A stretch of 32,000 bases of DNA from Telmatocola sphagniphila (GTDB lineage Bacteria; Planctomycetota; Planctomycetia; Gemmatales; Gemmataceae): positions 3,000,001 through 3,032,000 of the forward strand of contig NZ_CP074694.1 in assembly GCF_018398935.1 (NCBI RefSeq). Direction: 5' to 3'. A program made the position numbers and the translations under genes. How positions within the stretch are numbered: the first letter of the stretch is position 1; every line of letters starts with the position of its first letter. Shown here one piece after another: positions 27,620 through 32,000 of this stretch. The notes beneath the pieces were generated by a model that was not told the origin of the DNA, ran no database searches, and was given only the letters and a program-made list of their open reading frames with translations.

Positions 27620-27686
27620 GATTTCACGACCACGAGCCATTGAGAATCTCGAGCGACTAACAAATAAATGTGACTGCAATACTAAG

Positions 27687-27773
27687 CGGAGGGAGAGGGA
27701 TTCGAACCCACGAACGCCTTACGGCGTCTCCGGTTTTCAAGACCGGTGCAATCAACCACTCTGCCATCCCTCC
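27687..27773 (-). tRNA. tRNA-Ser (anticodon UGA)
   Basis: The reverse complement folds as a class II tRNA: acceptor GGAGGGA/TCCCTCC, anticodon stem CCGGT/ACCGG with loop CTTGAAA, long variable arm GACGCCGTAAGGCGTTC, T-loop GGTTCGAATCC. No encoded CCA. Confidence 0.9.
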
Positions 27774-27815
27774 GTACAGGAATGATTCTAAACCCCGAAC
27801 CAAGGTTCGGGAAGA

Positions 27816-29090
27816 TCAGACTTTAACATAAGGTAAAACGTACGGCCCTTTCGGAATCACGGCAATTCGCGTTTTCTCGCCGTATTCCTTCACGCAATCT
27901 TCCACGGCCTGCTCCACGCTAATGGCCGGTTCCGCAAAACATTCCCGGATCGTCTCGGGAGTCAACCCATCAGTAACGACCTTCACCTTGCAATGCGCCA
28001 TCACCTTGGCCAACTCTTCTAGCTGCCACTGATCCATGACGAAATAATCGCTGCCCAGAATCCGTTCCTTGAAAATCTTCAAATCGGGATTGTCCTTGAT
28101 CAAATGAACGAACTCTGGTGAGCCGACACCTTCCGAGAGACTGGCCGCCAGAATGATGGTGCCGCCTTTTTTCACGATCGGCAATGCTCCGGTCAAACCT
28201 TTCACGGCCTGATACCAGGTGGTATCCAGCGGATACCCGGCACAGGAAGTCACCACCACATCCAAAGGCTCCGGAACGCCGACCTTCACAATATCCTGGA
28301 TGTACTCCACTCCCTTGTGCCAGGCTTTAATCATGTCGCCCGCGCCCAGCCAGGTAATCTTGCGCTGCCCATCAATGCAGACATTTACGATAAAGTCGCA
28401 GCCAGTCTTCAATGCGATGCGGGTGTTCTCTTCGTGGACCGGATTGCCTTCGAGGATGCCGCAATCAGCCTTGGGATGCTCCAGGAACTTAGGCCCGTGC
28501 CAGACTTTGACCGTTTCCAGGGCCGCGATACCCGGGCAGATCAACTTGCGGCCGCCGCTGTAACCGGCCATCAGATGAGGTTCGATCAGACCGGTAGTGA
28601 TTTTGAGGTCGGCATTCACGTAGTGGGAATCAATCCAGATCGGCACCCCCATCTCGGTGGTTCCGAGGTAGGTGTGTTCGTGCAACTCCTTGCCATGGTG
28701 GTTGTAGCACATGTAATTTTTGGCAATTTCTTCGCCAACAAGTTCGATCAGTTCCTCTCCCTCGTTGGGTCGGTGCAGGCCGGTGGCGATCAGAATGCAA
28801 ATTTTTTCCCGGGGGATACCTCCCGCTTCGAGAGTCCGCAATATTGGCGGGAGCAGGATTTTGTTGGGTACTGGCCGGGTGATGTCACAAATCACGACAC
28901 AGGCAGACTTTTTGCCTCGGGCCAATTCAAGTAAGGGGGCCGATCCGATCGGGTTTTTCAAGGCGTCTTCCAGGACGGCCTCCGGGTTCTGCAAAGGCAC
29001 CGTATCAGCAATTTTCAAGGGTTCCAGGGTCCGATTGGCCGGAAGAATGACTTCCAGACCCGTTTTGCCGTAGTCCAATTTAACGCGCAT
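27816..29090 (-). CDS. larA: LarA-like nickel-pincer-dependent 2-hydroxyacid (lactate) racemase/epimerase family protein (DUF2088)
   Basis: 424 aa. Motifs [22 protein letters not shown] (the Lys that tethers the cofactor sits in GGRK) and VICDITRP. Substrate cannot be called. Confidence 0.75.
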   Translation of the reverse strand: MRVKLDYGKTGLEVILPANRTLEPLKIADTVPLQNPEAVLEDALKNPIGSAPLLELARGKKSACVVICDITRPVPNKILLPPILRTLEAGGIPREKICILIATGLHRPNEGEELIELVGEEIAKNYMCYNHHGKELHEHTYLGTTEMGVPIWIDSHYVNADLKITTGLIEPHLMAGYSGGRKLICPGIAALETVKVWHGPKFLEHPKADCGILEGNPVHEENTRIALKTGCDFIVNVCIDGQRKITWLGAGDMIKAWHKGVEYIQDIVKVGVPEPLDVVVTSCAGYPLDTTWYQAVKGLTGALPIVKKGGTIILAASLSEGVGSPEFVHLIKDNPDLKIFKERILGSDYFVMDQWQLEELAKVMAHCKVKVVTDGLTPETIRECFAEPAISVEQAVEDCVKEYGEKTRIAVIPKGPYVLPYVKV

Positions 29091-29195
29091 TTGAATGACC
29101 TCGCCAGAATCCCACCGGCCTAAAGGCTTGCCGGTCTCGATTCGATTATATAATAACTTTTTGTTGTAAGGTAAGCTTAAGCAACGGACAGGGAT

Positions 29196-29417
29196 ATGAG
29201 TATTGACAAAAGTCTGAAGCGGAAATCCACCGGGGTCCGCAACCGTAGCGTTTTGAAGCGATCCGAACGCATCCTGGCTCTTCAGGAAAGCGATCGATTC
29301 AAGGAAGGCCAGAGTCCATTTGGCCTGCCCAAAGTGCGAGTCGTCAAGATTGTGCTGAAGAAAGCCAAGAAAGAAAAGACTGAAGACGAAGGCGCTGCCA
29401 AGGACAAGAAGAAGTAA
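29196..29417 (+). CDS. Small basic protein (SLKRK...[10 protein letters not shown]...GLPKV type)
   Basis: 73-aa highly basic protein. The pattern resembles the 'small basic protein' family known from Leptospira and Planctomycetes, as recalled from memory. Confidence 0.6.
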   Translation: MSIDKSLKRKSTGVRNRSVLKRSERILALQESDRFKEGQSPFGLPKVRVVKIVLKKAKKEKTEDEGAAKDKKK

Positions 29418-29427
29418 AAATTTTCTG

Positions 29428-29455
29428 GGGAAGTCTCAACTTCCCTTCATTTTTG
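29428..29455 (+). terminator. Rho-independent terminator candidate
   Basis: Stem GGGAAGT (29428-34) / ACTTCCC (29439-45), loop CTCA, then TTCATTTTT. Confidence 0.6.
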
Positions 29456-29496
29456 CGCTCGCCCGTCGATTCCCCTCCCTTTTTCAGACCCTTGCT

Positions 29497-30702
29497 ATGT
29501 CCAGTGCTTACCTCGCTTTGGGTGGGAATCTGGGAGATCGAGCATTTTTTCTCGATCGTGCCCTGGAACTATTTCGAGCCGAGCCAGGACTTCGCCTGAC
29601 GCAGGTTTCGCACTACTACGAAACAGCCGCCGTGGGGGGCCCCGCTGATTCCCCAGCTTATTTGAACGCGGTCGCACAAGTAGAGTGCTCGCATACCCCG
29701 GAACAACTGCTGCAACTCTGTCTTTCCGTTGAAAAACAGCTGGGCCGAGTACGTTCCGAACCGAATGCCCCGCGCACGCTTGATCTGGATGTCATTCTTT
29801 TCGAAGATCTGATCCGAACGGACGATCCGATTCTGCCACATCCCCGCATGCACGAGCGATCCTTCGTTCTGACTCCCCTGGCGGAGATTGCCCCTCAAGT
29901 GGTTCATCCGATTCTGCAAAAATCGGCCGCGCAACTCTTGAAGGAATTGCCCGCCGATCCGAGTTCCATTGACGCATGGCCTCGCTCTGCCCCGCAAACT
30001 TCTCAGAATCTTCAAAACAAACGGGCTTTTATCGCGGGTTCGACATCGGGAATTGGTAAGGCTATCGCCGACGAATTTAGACGACGGGGCGCGATAGTAT
30101 TGACCCACGGTCGGAGTTCCTCGGCAGACATTCGCGGCGATCTTTCCCAAACGGCCGAACAGGACCAAGTTTTTCGGACGGCCTGGGCAATGCGCTCCGG
30201 TTTAGACATCTGGATCCAGGTGGCCGGTGCGGACACTCTGACAGGTGAAGCGGCTCGCTGGTCGTTTGATCGCAAGCTGCAGGAATTGCTGGCCGTGGAT
30301 GTTACAGCCTGTATGCGCATGACCCGCCAGGCCGGCGAAGCAATGAAAGCTCATCGGGGTGGTAGTATCATCACGATAGGCTGGGATCAGGCGGAACTCG
30401 GCATGGAAGGAGACTCCGGCCAACTCTTCACCGCTACTAAATCAGCCATTCACAGTTTCACGAAAAGCCTTGCGAAAAGCTTAGCTCCCCATGTACGCGT
30501 CAATTGCATTGCACCCGGTTGGATTCGCACGGCCTGGGGAGAGAATGCTCCCGAAATCTGGCAGGAACGCGTTCGCTCGGAAAGCTTGCTGCACCGCTGG
30601 GGATTACCGGAAGATATAGCTCGGCTGGCCAGTTTTCTCTGTTCGGATGACGCGGCGTATCTCAATGGACAGGTCATTAACGTCAATGGTGGGATGACGT
30701 AG
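29497..30702 (+). CDS. folK: Fusion protein: N-terminal HPPK (2-amino-4-hydroxy-6-hydroxymethyldihydropteridine diphosphokinase, FolK) + C-terminal short-chain dehydrogenase/reductase-like domain
   Basis: FolK motifs: AYLALGGNLGDR, YYETAAVGGP, YLNAV, GRVR...PRTLDLDVILF, LPHPRMHERSFVLTPLAEI. The SDR part has IAGSTSGIGKAIA (TGxxxGxG), VNCIAPGWIRT and VINVNGGM. Confidence 0.85.
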   Translation: MSSAYLALGGNLGDRAFFLDRALELFRAEPGLRLTQVSHYYETAAVGGPADSPAYLNAVAQVECSHTPEQLLQLCLSVEKQLGRVRSEPNAPRTLDLDVILFEDLIRTDDPILPHPRMHERSFVLTPLAEIAPQVVHPILQKSAAQLLKELPADPSSIDAWPRSAPQTSQNLQNKRAFIAGSTSGIGKAIADEFRRRGAIVLTHGRSSSADIRGDLSQTAEQDQVFRTAWAMRSGLDIWIQVAGADTLTGEAARWSFDRKLQELLAVDVTACMRMTRQAGEAMKAHRGGSIITIGWDQAELGMEGDSGQLFTATKSAIHSFTKSLAKSLAPHVRVNCIAPGWIRTAWGENAPEIWQERVRSESLLHRWGLPEDIARLASFLCSDDAAYLNGQVINVNGGMT

Positions 30703-30835
30703 GAAAACCCATAAATTGCCCGGGGTAGGAAACTCCGGTCTAAGATCCGTTGCCCCTCCGGAGTAAAAATACATTTTTTCGTTTATTGTTTTGAAATGCC
30801 GGAGGCATTTCAGATTTCAGCCCGGGGTCAGCGCA

Positions 30836-30938
30836 GCGCCACCCAGGGTATTTAGAAGCGCCACCTCGGGTATTTAGAAGCGCCACCCCGGGTATTTAGA
30901 AGCGCCACCCCGGGTATTTAGAAGCGCCACCCCGGGTA
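30836..30938. repeat. Tandem direct repeat, 22-bp unit GCGCCACCCCGGGTATTTAGAA, 4 full copies + 15-nt partial
   Basis: Copies at 30836-57, 30858-79, 30880-901, 30902-23 and a partial copy at 30924-38. Copies 1 and 2 each carry one substitution; copies 3-4 are identical. Lies between the convergent folK-SDR and carA genes. Confidence 0.95.
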
Positions 30939-30965
30939 ACCGAACACGCCCCACCAACTAACCAA

Positions 30966-32000
30966 TCACCCCATCATTTTCCAAAAGTCTTCAAACAAAT
31001 AGCTGCTGTCATGCGGGCCAGCCGAAGCTTCCGGATGATACTGCACGCTGAAGACGGGCAATTTCTTGTGACGCAGCCCTTCCAGGGTCTGATCGTTGAG
31101 ATTGATGTGGGTCGCTTCCACTTCGCTCGGCAGAGAATTCGCATCCACCGCGAAGCCATGATTCTGTGTGGTAATCTCCACCTTCCCCGTAATTTGATTC
31201 AAAACAGGTTGGTTCGAACCTCGATGCCCGAATTTCAATTTGAAAGTCTTACCGCCCAGGGCCAGCCCTAAAAGCTGATGGCCCAGACAAATACCGAAAA
31301 TCGGACGTTTACCGATCAACTCTTGAAGAGTCTCGATGCAGCCGCCCAATGCAGCTGGGTCACCCGGGCCGTTCGAGAGAAAAATCCCATCCGGTTTCAG
31401 AGCCAGAATGTCTTCGGCTTTTGCGGTTCCGGGCACCACTGTGACGCGACAGCCTGACTGAGTCAAACAGCGGGCGATGTTCCACTTCATGCCGTAATCG
31501 AGTGCCACGACGTGGCGTTTGGTCGTGGGCTGAGGGCCCATCATCATACTCTCGGCCAACGGCAAAAGCCCTTCTTTGTCCCAAGAAAAGGCCTTTTCCG
31601 GAAGCACCTTCTTCACCATATCCTGGCCGGTCATTCCCGGCAGTTGGGCGGCCCGCGTGGTCAGTTCCACATCATCCAGAATTTCGGTGGAAAGCACACC
31701 CGTCAGTGATCCGCGTACTCGCAAACGTCGAACCAAGGCTCGAGTGTCGATTTTCTCCAATCCGATGATATTGTTCTTCTTCAGATAGCCATCGAGGTCG
31801 ATCTGCGATCGGAAGTTGCTCGGCAAAGGAGTGAGTTCACGCACAATGAACCCCTCAACCTGTGGCCGTTGCGATTCATCGTCATCGGTGGTGATGCCGT
31901 AATTGCCGATCAGGGGATAAGTCATGGTGACGATCTGCCCCTTATAGGACGGATCGGTCAAAGTTTCCTGATAGCCGGTCATACTGGTATTGAACACGAC
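30966..32000 (-). CDS. carA: Carbamoyl-phosphate synthase small (glutamine amidotransferase) subunit; N-terminus lies outside the window
   Basis: FNTSMTGYQETLTDPSYKGQIV, GATase nucleophile GICLGHQLL, FSVQYHPEASAGPHD. The frame remains open to the window end. Confidence 0.9.
   Translation of the reverse strand, partial: VVFNTSMTGYQETLTDPSYKGQIVTMTYPLIGNYGITTDDDESQRPQVEGFIVRELTPLPSNFRSQIDLDGYLKKNNIIGLEKIDTRALVRRLRVRGSLTGVLSTEILDDVELTTRAAQLPGMTGQDMVKKVLPEKAFSWDKEGLLPLAESMMMGPQPTTKRHVVALDYGMKWNIARCLTQSGCRVTVVPGTAKAEDILALKPDGIFLSNGPGDPAALGGCIETLQELIGKRPIFGICLGHQLLGLALGGKTFKLKFGHRGSNQPVLNQITGKVEITTQNHGFAVDANSLPSEVEATHINLNDQTLEGLRHKKLPVFSVQYHPEASAGPHDSSYLFEDFWKMMG

Noticed and set aside
27363-27785. 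140-aa plus-strand ORF and 113-aa minus-strand ORF (27244..27585)
   Set aside because: The plus-strand ORF runs through the tRNA-Ser gene and antisense to the wHTH ORF. The minus-strand ORF overlaps the wHTH ORF out of frame and continues into AT-rich spacer. Neither has coding-like composition.
29569-30168. 199-aa minus-strand ORF
   Set aside because: It is antisense to the FolK-SDR ORF, whose motifs are unambiguous. Shadow ORF.
30836-30938. Possibility that the 22-bp repeats are a CRISPR array
   Set aside because: The units are directly adjacent with no spacers, the unit is shorter than typical CRISPR repeats, and no cas genes are nearby. It is a simple tandem repeat.

Overview
The window looks like a chromosomal segment of a Planctomycetota-type genome, based on a PSCyt/DUF1549/DUF1553 plus DUF1501 gene pair and moderate GC. 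The assignment is inferred from gene content only.

Layout:
1. 1-5360: the 3' part of a giant GH94 cyclic beta-1,2-glucan synthase-like gene.
2. 5.4-11.7 kb: a same-strand cluster of stationary-phase/osmotic-stress-type genes. It holds Dps, a small hydrophilic protein, an alpha/beta hydrolase, a secreted or lipoprotein, DUF1328, an overlapping DUF1469(Holin-X)/DUF883 pair, an AI-2E transporter with an extra C-terminal domain, and a second DUF883 protein.
3. 11.7-14.6 kb, minus strand: a tightly coupled methyltransferase / flavoprotein / type III PKS operon (srs-like, phenolic-lipid type).
4. 14.8-19.2 kb: the PSD1-type and DUF1501 pair.
5. 19.2-27.7 kb: a visibly AT-richer accessory island that ends at tRNA-Ser(UGA). 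It holds two paralogous Zn-ribbon miniproteins, a gene cleanly split by an intact IS630-family element, a small ORF interrupted by one amber codon, an LMW-PTP-like protein, a DUF4085-like protein, an AIPR abortive-infection protein and a small winged-helix protein.
6. 27.8-32 kb: core genes, namely a LarA-like gene, a small basic protein, a FolK-SDR fusion, a 22-bp tandem repeat and a partial carA.

The most interesting signal I can support directly is a recurring sigma-54-type -24/-12 motif (GG-N10-GC). It sits immediately upstream of five genes of the stress cluster and of the PKS operon, which suggests one RpoN-dependent stress/envelope regulon. Other points worth a second look are the tRNA-linked defence-type island, the IS630 insertion that can be reversed in silico, the paired Zn-ribbon genes, the FolK-SDR fusion whose SDR half seems to lack the catalytic Ser/Tyr, and the 22-bp tandem array. 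All family assignments come from motif recognition by eye; no database search was run.
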